This document shows, in pieces, positions 1-7,164 of a stretch of 16,038 nt of DNA (its first letter is position 1; every line of letters begins with the position of its first letter). The stretch is from contig JBBDYC010000013.1 in NCBI GenBank assembly GCA_040901985.1, positions 1 to 16,038 of the forward strand, in the 5' to 3' direction. The position numbers and the translations under genes were made by a program. The notes below the pieces were generated by a model. It did no database searches. It was not told the DNA's origin and saw only the letters and a program-made list of their open reading frames with translations. The stretch is from Gemmatimonadaceae bacterium. GTDB lineage: Bacteria > Gemmatimonadota > Gemmatimonadetes > Gemmatimonadales > Gemmatimonadaceae.

Positions 1-53
1 CCAGGACTCTCCTGATCCAGAGTCAGGCGTGTTGCCAGTTACACCAAGGGGCA
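1..53 (-). tRNA. tRNA-Gln (anticodon CTG), 3' part cut off by window edge
   Basis: Reverse complement TGCCCCTTGGTGTAACTGGCAACACGCCTGACTCTGGATCAGGAGAGTCCTGG: D-arm GTGT..ACAC, anticodon stem CCTGA/TCAGG with loop CT-CTG-GA, start of T-arm. Confidence 0.93.
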
Positions 54-84
54 GTGTGGTCGCCCCGCGGGCAGCCAGACACGA

Positions 85-113
85 ATTTTACGCGGCACCG
101 GACCCCCGGGCAA
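85..113 (-). promoter_or_regulatory. sigma70-type promoter of tRNA-Gln
   Basis: Minus strand TTGCCC (113-108), 17-nt spacer, TAAAAT (90-85), about 30 nt upstream of the tRNA 5' end. Confidence 0.75.
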
Positions 114-115
114 CC

Positions 116-2404
116 CTATCGGCCAATCCGGTCCACCCGGGTTCCGACCAGGACGTAGAGCGCACCGTCCGGTCCCACGCCGAGTCCGGTGATCGGGTCG
201 CCGAGCAGGGCAAAGGCGTATGGCGTCCACCCCGCCTGCGCATCGAGCCGATAGATCCACCCGTGGACGTAGTCGGCAAAGAAGTAGTCGTCCCTGTACT
301 CCGGCCCGAAGAGGTCCACGGCCGGCGCGTAGAACGTCCCGCCGACCACCGCCAATCCGTCAAAGAGCGTCGGACTCCCGCTGTGCTTATACGCGAGGAG
401 CGGCGCATCGTACGCACTGATATCCGTGGGGCCTTCGGTGGCCGGCCACCCGAAGTCCGCGCCTGGGCGCCCGACGTTGATTTCCTCCCACGTGTTCTGC
501 CCGACGTCGTTGATGTGCATCCGACCCGTCGCCGGGTGGATGTCAAACGTGAACGGATTGCGTAGCCCGCGCGCCCAGATTGCCCGGTTTACGCCGCTCG
601 TCTCGCCGTAGAAGGGGTTGTCCGGCGGAATTGTCCCGTTCCGGTTGAACCGGAGCATCTTGCCGAACGGCGTCGTCAGGAGGGGCGCGTTGGAGGCGAT
701 CGCCGCATCGCCGACCGCGACGTACAGCTTCCCGTCCACGCCAAAGCGCATCGCGCCGCCATTGTGGCGACCCCCATCGGGCAACTCGGGAAGGGCCACC
801 AGCACCACCTCGCTCCCCGCGACGGCAACATCGCCATCGGCCGTGAAGCGGCTGATCCGATTGTGCGCGCCGCCTACGGTGCTGGTGTGATAGACGTACA
901 CCCACCCGGTGATCTCGAAGTCGGGATCGAAGGCGATGCCGAGCAGGCCACGCTCACCGCTCCCGTCCACCGGCAGTGTGAGGAATGGCTCGGCGAGCAG
1001 CACACCGGCCTTCACCACGCGCAGCGCGCCGAACTGCTCGGTGACGAAGAGTCGGCCGTCGGGCGCAAAGGCCATCGCCGTCGGCGTGGATCCCATCCCG
1101 CTCACGAACGTGGTGCGCGTGAAACCCTCCGGGAGCGCCACCGTACCACCGAAGGTGACCGTCGCCGCCGCCCACGGCGACCAATTGCCTGCCGCGTCCC
1201 CGGCACGCGCGCGTACCACGTGGGCGCCGGAGGCGTAGGCAGCAGTGTTTGGGACCGTCGCCTCAAAGGGCGCGCTGGTGTCGAACGCGAGGAACTCGCC
1301 GTCCACCGAGAACTCCACGACCGTCACCCCCACGTCGTCGGTGGCCGTCGCAGTCAGGTTCACGGCGCCGGTGAGGTCGAGCGCGCCGTCGGCCGGCGTG
1401 ACGAGCGTGATGCTGGGTGCGAGCACGTCGCCGGTCCCCGCCGCCTGCACGGTGACCTCCACGACCTCCGAGAGCCGCGCCGCGCCATCATCGTCGGTCG
1501 CCCGCGCCGTGAGCGCGCGTGGGCCGGTACCGCTCGGCACCCAGCTCGCGCTGAAGGGCTCGGCGGCCAGGGTGTCCACCGGCAGGCCATCTACGAAGAA
1601 CTCGACGCGCACCACCGACCCGTCGCCGTCCGCGGCGGCAGCCGTGATCATCACCGCAGTCCCAGCGGTCACAATCGCACCGGCCACGGGCGCCGTGATC
1701 TCGACGGTGGGCGCCGCGTTCGCCGCGCCAATCGAATCGAACGTGGCCGTCAGCGTCAGCGCCGTCGTGGGCACCACGACCGTCCGCACGACCTCGCCGC
1801 CGTCGGACCACGAGGCGAACGAAAAGGCGGCCGAGCCCGATTCCTGCGGATCCACCGCGCCAATCACGCGCTCCATTCCGACGATCGCGTTTTCGGTGTA
1901 CGGCGTGGTGCGGGGCTGGCCGTCGAGCGTCAGCTGGAGCCCTGACGGCTCACTGGCAAGCGTGAGTGTGGTGAGCTGCGGATGGATGTCCACGAAGGTG
2001 GTGTCGGCAAGCCCTCCGGCGTCCACGGCGCGCGCGTAGAGTCGCAGGAACACGTCGTGATCCTCGTGGCCGGCCCGCCCGATAACGATCTGACCCACTG
2101 CGCCTGTCGTCGGCGGCAGGTACGGATGCACGTGCGCCGCGTGATGCAGGATCACCCACCACGAGAGGGCTTCCGGGGCGAGCACGCCCTCCTCGGCGTC
2201 GGTCGCGGCAATCGCCACGTCAATCACCATCCCACCGGCGAAGGTGACACCGACGGCAGGCGCGCTGATCACCACTTCAGGGGCGACGTTCGGCCCCGCA
2301 CTCGACGGCCCGTCATCACAGGCGGTCGCGCCGAACCCGACCAGGACCGCCGCGGCGATCCACCGACGCCCGTGGGGGTAGGCGTAAAAGGCGCGCAAGG
2401 CCAT
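116..2404 (-). CDS. Putative lipoprotein: Ig-like repeats plus C-terminal PQQ-dependent sugar (glucose/sorbosone) dehydrogenase beta-propeller
   Basis: Signal peptide ending FGATAC; repeated AP-x-V/I-x-I/L-xx-P Ig-like modules with D-x-D-G/D-D-V-G motifs; C-terminal GSDH motifs PTAMAFAPDGRLFVTEQ, GERGLLGIAFDPDF, HNGGAMRFGVDGKLYVAVGD, GLRNPF, NDVGQNTWEEIN, DFGWP. ATG 2404 chosen as start. Confidence 0.88.
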   Translation of the reverse strand: MALRAFYAYPHGRRWIAAAVLVGFGATACDDGPSSAGPNVAPEVVISAPAVGVTFAGGMVIDVAIAATDAEEGVLAPEALSWWVILHHAAHVHPYLPPTTGAVGQIVIGRAGHEDHDVFLRLYARAVDAGGLADTTFVDIHPQLTTLTLASEPSGLQLTLDGQPRTTPYTENAIVGMERVIGAVDPQESGSAAFSFASWSDGGEVVRTVVVPTTALTLTATFDSIGAANAAPTVEITAPVAGAIVTAGTAVMITAAAADGDGSVVRVEFFVDGLPVDTLAAEPFSASWVPSGTGPRALTARATDDDGAARLSEVVEVTVQAAGTGDVLAPSITLVTPADGALDLTGAVNLTATATDDVGVTVVEFSVDGEFLAFDTSAPFEATVPNTAAYASGAHVVRARAGDAAGNWSPWAAATVTFGGTVALPEGFTRTTFVSGMGSTPTAMAFAPDGRLFVTEQFGALRVVKAGVLLAEPFLTLPVDGSGERGLLGIAFDPDFEITGWVYVYHTSTVGGAHNRISRFTADGDVAVAGSEVVLVALPELPDGGRHNGGAMRFGVDGKLYVAVGDAAIASNAPLLTTPFGKMLRFNRNGTIPPDNPFYGETSGVNRAIWARGLRNPFTFDIHPATGRMHINDVGQNTWEEINVGRPGADFGWPATEGPTDISAYDAPLLAYKHSGSPTLFDGLAVVGGTFYAPAVDLFGPEYRDDYFFADYVHGWIYRLDAQAGWTPYAFALLGDPITGLGVGPDGALYVLVGTRVDRIGR

Positions 2405-2511
2405 CTGCGGAAGATAGCCCCGGGGCGGTATCCGCCAGAGGTGTCTCGGCCCAGTGAAGCACACTATACTTCTCTCCGCCCCGCGCGTCCCTACTTCAGC
2501 ACTGTTGTCCG

Positions 2512-3810
2512 ATGACCCTGTTGAACACCCGCCACTCGATTCGCGCCCGGCGCCTGATCGCCGTGTTCGCCGTCACGCTGGCCGCCGGCGTCGCCTGCTC
2601 CGACTCCGGCGAGCCGACGGCGGTGGTCGAGGTCCAGATCGTCACGCTGCCCAACAACCAGTCGTTGACGGGCCTCGTCCCGGGCACGACGCGCCAGATG
2701 CTCGGGGTGCCGGTCAACAAGCGCGGCAACTTCGTGGACAAGCCGGTGACGTGGACGTCGTCCAATGCCGCCAGGGTCTCGATTGACGCGACCGGCCTCG
2801 CCACGGCGGTAGCCGGCGGCACGGCATACATTCGCGCCACGGTTGCCGGACTAACCGACTCCGTCGCGTTCAATGTCCGCTTCCCGGTCGGGAGCGTCAC
2901 CATTGATCCGGCCACGCTGACCCTCAATCGAGAGGGCTCGGCGGTGCTGACGGCGACGGTCCTCGACACGGAAGGCACGCCGGTGACCAATCGGCCGGTC
3001 ACCTGGTCCAGCTCCGACGAGACGATTGCCACGGTGAGCGCCACGGGCGTGGTCATTGCCTCCGCGGTCAACGAGGGGCCGGCGACGATCACGGCGAGCG
3101 CCTCCAATGCGACTGACGGAGGAGGGGTCGTGACCGGCACCGCCTCGGTCACGGTCGCCGGCGCGCCGGTCGTGCACACGGTCACGGTGACCGGGGGCTC
3201 CGGCTTCCGCGGCAACACCGGGACGGTCCAGTTGACCGCGACGCCCACCTCCGGCTCGGGCAATCTCGTCCCGGGGACGACCATCACCTGGGCATCGAGC
3301 GACGTCGGCGTCGCGACCGTTGATGCGACCGGCCTCGTCACCTTCCAAGGCGCCACGGACACGCTGCGCATCACCGCGACGGCGATTGGACAGGGCGCGT
3401 CGGCCTCAGACATCGAGGGCGGTGCGGACTTCCGCGTCGCCGTCCACCTGATGAACGACGACAGCCTCGCCGTTCCCACGATCGTCGCCGGCCAGTCCTA
3501 CGACTACGCGGTGGCCGGCGGCGCGGCCGACTCCGTCCAGATCACGACGTTCGCAGGGACGGCCGGCGACGTGGACCTCTACCTCTTTGCGCCCGGGGTC
3601 ACGAACACCACGGCCAACAACGCCGGCGGCACGCAGGCGGTCGCCGGGAACGGCTTCAATGGCTGGATGTGTAGGCCCTGGGAGATCGGCAGCGCCGAGG
3701 AGTGTCGGCGCGTGCTGTCCACGTCGGGGTGGTACCGCGTCCGGCTCTACGCGTACTCCGTGACGGGCGACGTCGAGGGACTGACGATTCGGATGCGCGT
3801 CATCCCCTGA
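2512..3810 (+). CDS. Lipoprotein with three Big_2-type Ig-like domains and a C-terminal PPC (pre-peptidase C-terminal) domain
   Basis: Lipobox LAAGVAC; three repeats of V/I-TW-x-SS...A-x-V/I-x-ATG-L/V; C-terminal GDVDLYL...CRPW..G..EEC...GWYRVRLYAYS. Confidence 0.85.
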   Translation: MTLLNTRHSIRARRLIAVFAVTLAAGVACSDSGEPTAVVEVQIVTLPNNQSLTGLVPGTTRQMLGVPVNKRGNFVDKPVTWTSSNAARVSIDATGLATAVAGGTAYIRATVAGLTDSVAFNVRFPVGSVTIDPATLTLNREGSAVLTATVLDTEGTPVTNRPVTWSSSDETIATVSATGVVIASAVNEGPATITASASNATDGGGVVTGTASVTVAGAPVVHTVTVTGGSGFRGNTGTVQLTATPTSGSGNLVPGTTITWASSDVGVATVDATGLVTFQGATDTLRITATAIGQGASASDIEGGADFRVAVHLMNDDSLAVPTIVAGQSYDYAVAGGAADSVQITTFAGTAGDVDLYLFAPGVTNTTANNAGGTQAVAGNGFNGWMCRPWEIGSAEECRRVLSTSGWYRVRLYAYSVTGDVEGLTIRMRVIP

Positions 3811-3833
3811 GGGGCGCCGCCGAGTCACCGCCA

Positions 3834-4118
3834 ATGACCGACCTCCGTTACCCGATCGGACCTTACGTCCGCCCAGTCACCAACTCGGCCGGCGAACGCG
3901 CCGGGCGGATTGCCACGATCGCCGGGCTCCGCGCGGCGCTCCGCGCCGCGGTCCACGGCCTCTCCGACGCACAGCTCGACACGCCGCACCGTCCCGGCGG
4001 GTGGACGGTGCGTCAGCTCGTGCACCACGTCGCCGACTCGCACACGGCGAACTACGCCTGGCACAGTCTGCACCACACGGCGCACGTCACCGCGCTGCGC
4101 TCGCGCGAGGGCTGGTAG
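3834..4118 (+). pseudogene. YfiT/BstA-like (DinB superfamily) thiol transferase/metal-dependent hydrolase, shortened to 94 aa by an in-frame internal deletion (pseudogene or mini-protein)
   Basis: MTDLRYPIG, LSDAQLDTPHRPGGWTVRQLVHHVADSH and YAWHSLHHTAHV are YfiT family motifs, but HVADSH is joined almost directly to YAWH. Confidence 0.75.
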
Positions 4119-4153
4119 CGCCCGAACGGTTGCGACGGGTCCACGAACGCCGA

Positions 4154-4180
4154 ACGCCGCGAACCGGTGGTCCGCGGCGT
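4154..4180 (-). terminator. Hairpin between convergent yfiT-like gene and tRNA-Ala transcript; probable terminator
   Basis: Minus strand ACGCCGCGGACC-ACC-GGTTCGCGGCGT forms a 12-bp stem with one G-U pair; the U-tail is weak. Confidence 0.5.
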
Positions 4181-4181
4181 C

Positions 4182-4292
4182 TGATTTAGCTGGTCCCTAC
4201 GCCAAACAGTGTGCCTCGCGCGCCGTCATTGGAACTCTCCGTCCTACCGAACGGCGGCGGGCAACTTCTGTCCTGCGAGGGAACCAGCATCA
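4182..4292 (-). ncRNA. Candidate structured RNA (long imperfect hairpin) in the tRNA-Ala 3' trailer
   Basis: Nested helices GCTGGT(T)CCCT/AGGGACCAGC, CGC/GCG, GGACAG/CTGTTT, TGCC/GGCA, CGCCGT/ACGGCG; G-U pairs favour the minus strand. Confidence 0.4.
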
Positions 4293-4299
4293 TTCCAAG

Positions 4300-4372
4300 T
4301 GGAGCTGAGGGGGATCGAACCCCTGACCTCTGCAGTGCGATTGCAGCGCTCTCCCAGCTGAGCTACAGCCCC
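4300..4372 (-). tRNA. tRNA-Ala (anticodon CGC), CCA not encoded
   Basis: GGGGCTGTAGCTCAGCTGGGAGAGCGCTGCAATCGCACTGCAGAGGTCAGGGGTTCGATCCCCCTCAGCTCCA: G3:U70 Ala identity pair, anticodon stem CTGCA/TGCAG, TTCGA T-loop; followed by CTT rather than CCA. Confidence 0.97.
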
Positions 4373-4410
4373 GCATTACGTTCCGGTCAGGTCCGGCAAG
4401 TCCCACTCTT

Positions 4411-4419
4411 ACGATAACA
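4411..4419 (-). promoter_or_regulatory. Possible extended -10 promoter of tRNA-Ala
   Basis: Minus strand TG-T-TATCGT, about 40 nt upstream of the tRNA 5' end. Confidence 0.4.
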
Positions 4420-4585
4420 TACGCAGGACGAGCAGGAATAGTTCCGGTCACGCACACGGCCCCGCCTGATGGGACTTGGCGGGGCCGCCGATGCGGATAA
4501 TTATAGCGGCACCGTGCGTGCCGCGCCACCCCCCGGCAGAGACTAGATTCTCCCGAGTGACCGATCGGCGCCTAGATTATGCGCC

Positions 4586-5509
4586 GTGTCCCTCTCCATC
4601 CGCTTCCTCGGCACCTCCGCCTCGCGTCCCACCGTGGAACGCGGGGTGTCGGCGTTGGCGCTCGTGCGCGAGGGCGAGACGATGCTCTTCGACTGCGGCG
4701 AGGGCACCCAGCGCCAGATGATGCGCTGGGGGGTCGGCTTCACGCTCGAGGACATCTTCTTCACGCATTTCCACACCGACCACTTCCTCGGCGTGCTCGG
4801 CCTGCTGAAGACCCTCTCGCTGCAGGCGCGCGAGGCGCCGCTCCGCGTCTGGGGCCCGCGCGGCGCCACGGCAATCTTCAAGCGCGCCGAGGGCCTCGGT
4901 GCCGAGAAGCTGACCTTCCCGCTCCAGGTCACCGAACTTGAGCCGGGCGCGGTGATCAAGCGCAAGGAATACGAGATCCGTCCGTTCGCGGTCGAGCATC
5001 GCCACGGCTCCGCGCTGGGTTACGTCCTCGCCGAGTACGAGCGGCTGGGTCGGTTCGACCCCGACCGCGCGCGCGCCCTCGGCATTCCGGAGGGGCCGCT
5101 CTGGGGCCGCATCCACAAGGGCGAGTCGGTGACCCTCGACGACGGCCGGGTGATCGAGGCCAAGGAGCTGGTGGGGCCGACGCGCAGCGGCCGCACGGTG
5201 GCGATCGCCGGCGACACCCGCCCCTGCGCGGCGACGATCGAGGCCGCCGCGGGCGCAGACCTGCTCGTCCACGAGGCGACCTTCGGCGACGAGGACGCGG
5301 CCCGTGCCGCCGAGACGATGCATTCGACGGCGCGCGAGGCGGCGCAGGTGGCGCGGATGGCAGGCGTGCGCACCCTCGCGCTCACACACTTCTCGGCGCG
5401 CTACGCGCGCGACACCGCCGACCTCGCCCGCGAGGCAGGGGAGGAGTTCAAGGGCGAGCTGGTGCTGGCGCGGGACGGCCTCGAGCTCGAGGTCCCCTAC
5501 AGGGCCTGA
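4586..5509 (+). CDS. rnz: Ribonuclease Z
   Basis: FLGTSASRPT..R, LFDCGEGTQRQ, THFHTDH (HxHxDH), exosite GIPEGPLWG, GDTRP, HEATF, HST, THFSARY. Confidence 0.96.
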   Translation: MSLSIRFLGTSASRPTVERGVSALALVREGETMLFDCGEGTQRQMMRWGVGFTLEDIFFTHFHTDHFLGVLGLLKTLSLQAREAPLRVWGPRGATAIFKRAEGLGAEKLTFPLQVTELEPGAVIKRKEYEIRPFAVEHRHGSALGYVLAEYERLGRFDPDRARALGIPEGPLWGRIHKGESVTLDDGRVIEAKELVGPTRSGRTVAIAGDTRPCAATIEAAAGADLLVHEATFGDEDAARAAETMHSTAREAAQVARMAGVRTLALTHFSARYARDTADLAREAGEEFKGELVLARDGLELEVPYRA

Positions 5510-5919
5510 CGCCCACCAATGCCGGCGTCAATCTCGTGCCAGTGGCTCACGCGCGGCTCGCCCCGCTGCCAGCAGTAGTACACGAGCCGTCCGTCCCGTT
5601 CGCCGGGAAAGTCGAGCAGCCCCGTCTCCATACTCTTCACCTCGACGCCGAGCGAGGTCAGTTCGGCGACGAACCCCTGGATGTCGCGCGCCGCGCGCTG
5701 GACCTCGCGCGCCAGCCGCTCGGCCTCCGGGTCGGTCCGCTGGGCCGTGCTGCGGAGCGAGGCGACCTCAAACCGGCTGACCAGGTCCTGCCAGGTGGCG
5801 TAGTGCTCCACGAGGTCGTCCACGATCCGGCGGATGAGCGGGAGCGCCTTGTTGGCGCGCTCGGGCGTCCAGTTCGGGTCGGCCGTGCCGATGGCACCAC
5901 GCGGCGGGGATTCGGGCAT
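5497..5919 (-). CDS. DUF2203 family protein
   Basis: WTPERANKALPLI...GVEVK...GLLDFPG...VYYCWQRGE..VSHWH...G..GRQ matches my recollection of DUF2203; GAGGA SD upstream of ATG 5919. Confidence 0.82.
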   Translation of the reverse strand: MPESPPRGAIGTADPNWTPERANKALPLIRRIVDDLVEHYATWQDLVSRFEVASLRSTAQRTDPEAERLAREVQRAARDIQGFVAELTSLGVEVKSMETGLLDFPGERDGRLVYYCWQRGEPRVSHWHEIDAGIGGRQAL

Positions 5920-5924
5920 CGCGG

Positions 5925-7148
5925 TCAGTTCCTCGGGCGGGCCGGCGGGATCCGTCGCGGCGTGGTGATCACGCGCCCGGGGGACGCGGCGAGATGGAGC
6001 CGCAGCGCGCCTGGCGGCGTCCGCGGACGCGAGACAATCCGCGTGTCGGACGAATAGAGCGCGGCCGCGTTGAAGGCGCGCGTGAGCGCCGCCTGCGTCC
6101 CCGGCGCGACGAGGCTGTCGTCCGCCCACATCACGCGGAGCACCGGCGCGGGGACGGACCCGAGCCGCCACTCCGTCCCGCCGGCATCGCGAAGGGCGAA
6201 CGAGACGCGCGCGGTGGGGCCATCGGCGGGACGGGCGACGACCGTGTACTCGCCGTGCGGCCAATGGCGCTCGCCCAGCTCGGCCTCGATCGGGTGCCCC
6301 TCGCGCACGCCGTCCCACCACGTGGGCGGCTCCAGCGGGATCGGGGTGAGCTCGTGCGAGACGCCGGGATACCGCGACCCCGACTGCACGACCGTGAAGC
6401 GGACGCGCGGCGCGCGGTCGTAGACGCCGAGGATGAAGCTCCGTGGATCGAAGCTCAGCCGGTCGAGCTCCGCCAGGATCTCCTCGTTCCCGTCCGCCGC
6501 ACGGCGCAGGGAATCGCGGATGGCGCGCCACTCCGCGCTCGCCTCCATCGTGACGCGGCGCGCGACCGGCGCCCCGAAGAGCGCGTCGAGGGACGACTGC
6601 ACGCCGCTGCGGAGGTCGAGCACGCCGCGCCGCGCGCCGTGCGACGATGTCCCGCCGACGACGTCAACGTCCGTCCGGTACTCGTAGGAGACCCACGGCC
6701 CGAGGACGTCGAGCACGAGCACCTCGGCGCTGGCGATCGTCCGCGGGTTCTCGCTCCCCTGCTCGATCGGACTGAGCGGCCGCTCGTCGGGATTCGCCGC
6801 GGCGTACGACCGGGCGAGCAGGCGCATCAGCGTGTCGGCAAAGAGCACCATCGAATCGCCGTTGATCAGGTCGCGCTTGAAGAGGCGCTGGCCGACATAC
6901 ACCGCGTCGTAGAACGAGTGGTCGTCGTCGGCCACATAGAGCTCGGTGAAGCGCCCGCCGATGTCGGCGAGCACCATCGGCGCGCCGCGGACGCGGATCC
7001 CGTTGTCGTCGGAACGGATCCAGAAGACCGAATCGGCCGCGGCGACGATGAACTCGGCCGGCGGCGCGGGCGCCGGGGGCGTGACCCGCTCGCACGCGGC
7101 GAGCAGTGCCGGAATCACCGGAATGAGGAAGAGTGACGCGGGCCGCAT
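5925..7148 (-). CDS. Hypothetical lipoprotein (407 aa)
   Basis: Hydrophobic signal with lipobox LLAAC, globular composition and tight packing between neighbours; no recognisable domain. Confidence 0.78.
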   Translation of the reverse strand: MRPASLFLIPVIPALLAACERVTPPAPAPPAEFIVAAADSVFWIRSDDNGIRVRGAPMVLADIGGRFTELYVADDDHSFYDAVYVGQRLFKRDLINGDSMVLFADTLMRLLARSYAAANPDERPLSPIEQGSENPRTIASAEVLVLDVLGPWVSYEYRTDVDVVGGTSSHGARRGVLDLRSGVQSSLDALFGAPVARRVTMEASAEWRAIRDSLRRAADGNEEILAELDRLSFDPRSFILGVYDRAPRVRFTVVQSGSRYPGVSHELTPIPLEPPTWWDGVREGHPIEAELGERHWPHGEYTVVARPADGPTARVSFALRDAGGTEWRLGSVPAPVLRVMWADDSLVAPGTQAALTRAFNAAALYSSDTRIVSRPRTPPGALRLHLAASPGRVITTPRRIPPARPRN

Positions 7149-7164
7149 CGCCGGAATATAGCCG

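Noticed and set aside
4196..4223. CCTACGCC as another ECF promoter -10 half
   Set aside because: No GAAAC at the 17-nt spacing; it lies within the trailer hairpin.
4119..4320. Prophage/ICE attachment site at the tRNA-Ala 3' end
   Set aside because: No duplicate of the tRNA 3' end and no integrase were found in the window.
4384..4410. GTCAGGTCCGGCAAG resembles SRP (4.5S) RNA domain IV
   Set aside because: The required GGAAGGAAGCAG continuation and flanking long helix are absent, and it abuts the tRNA 5' end on the other strand.
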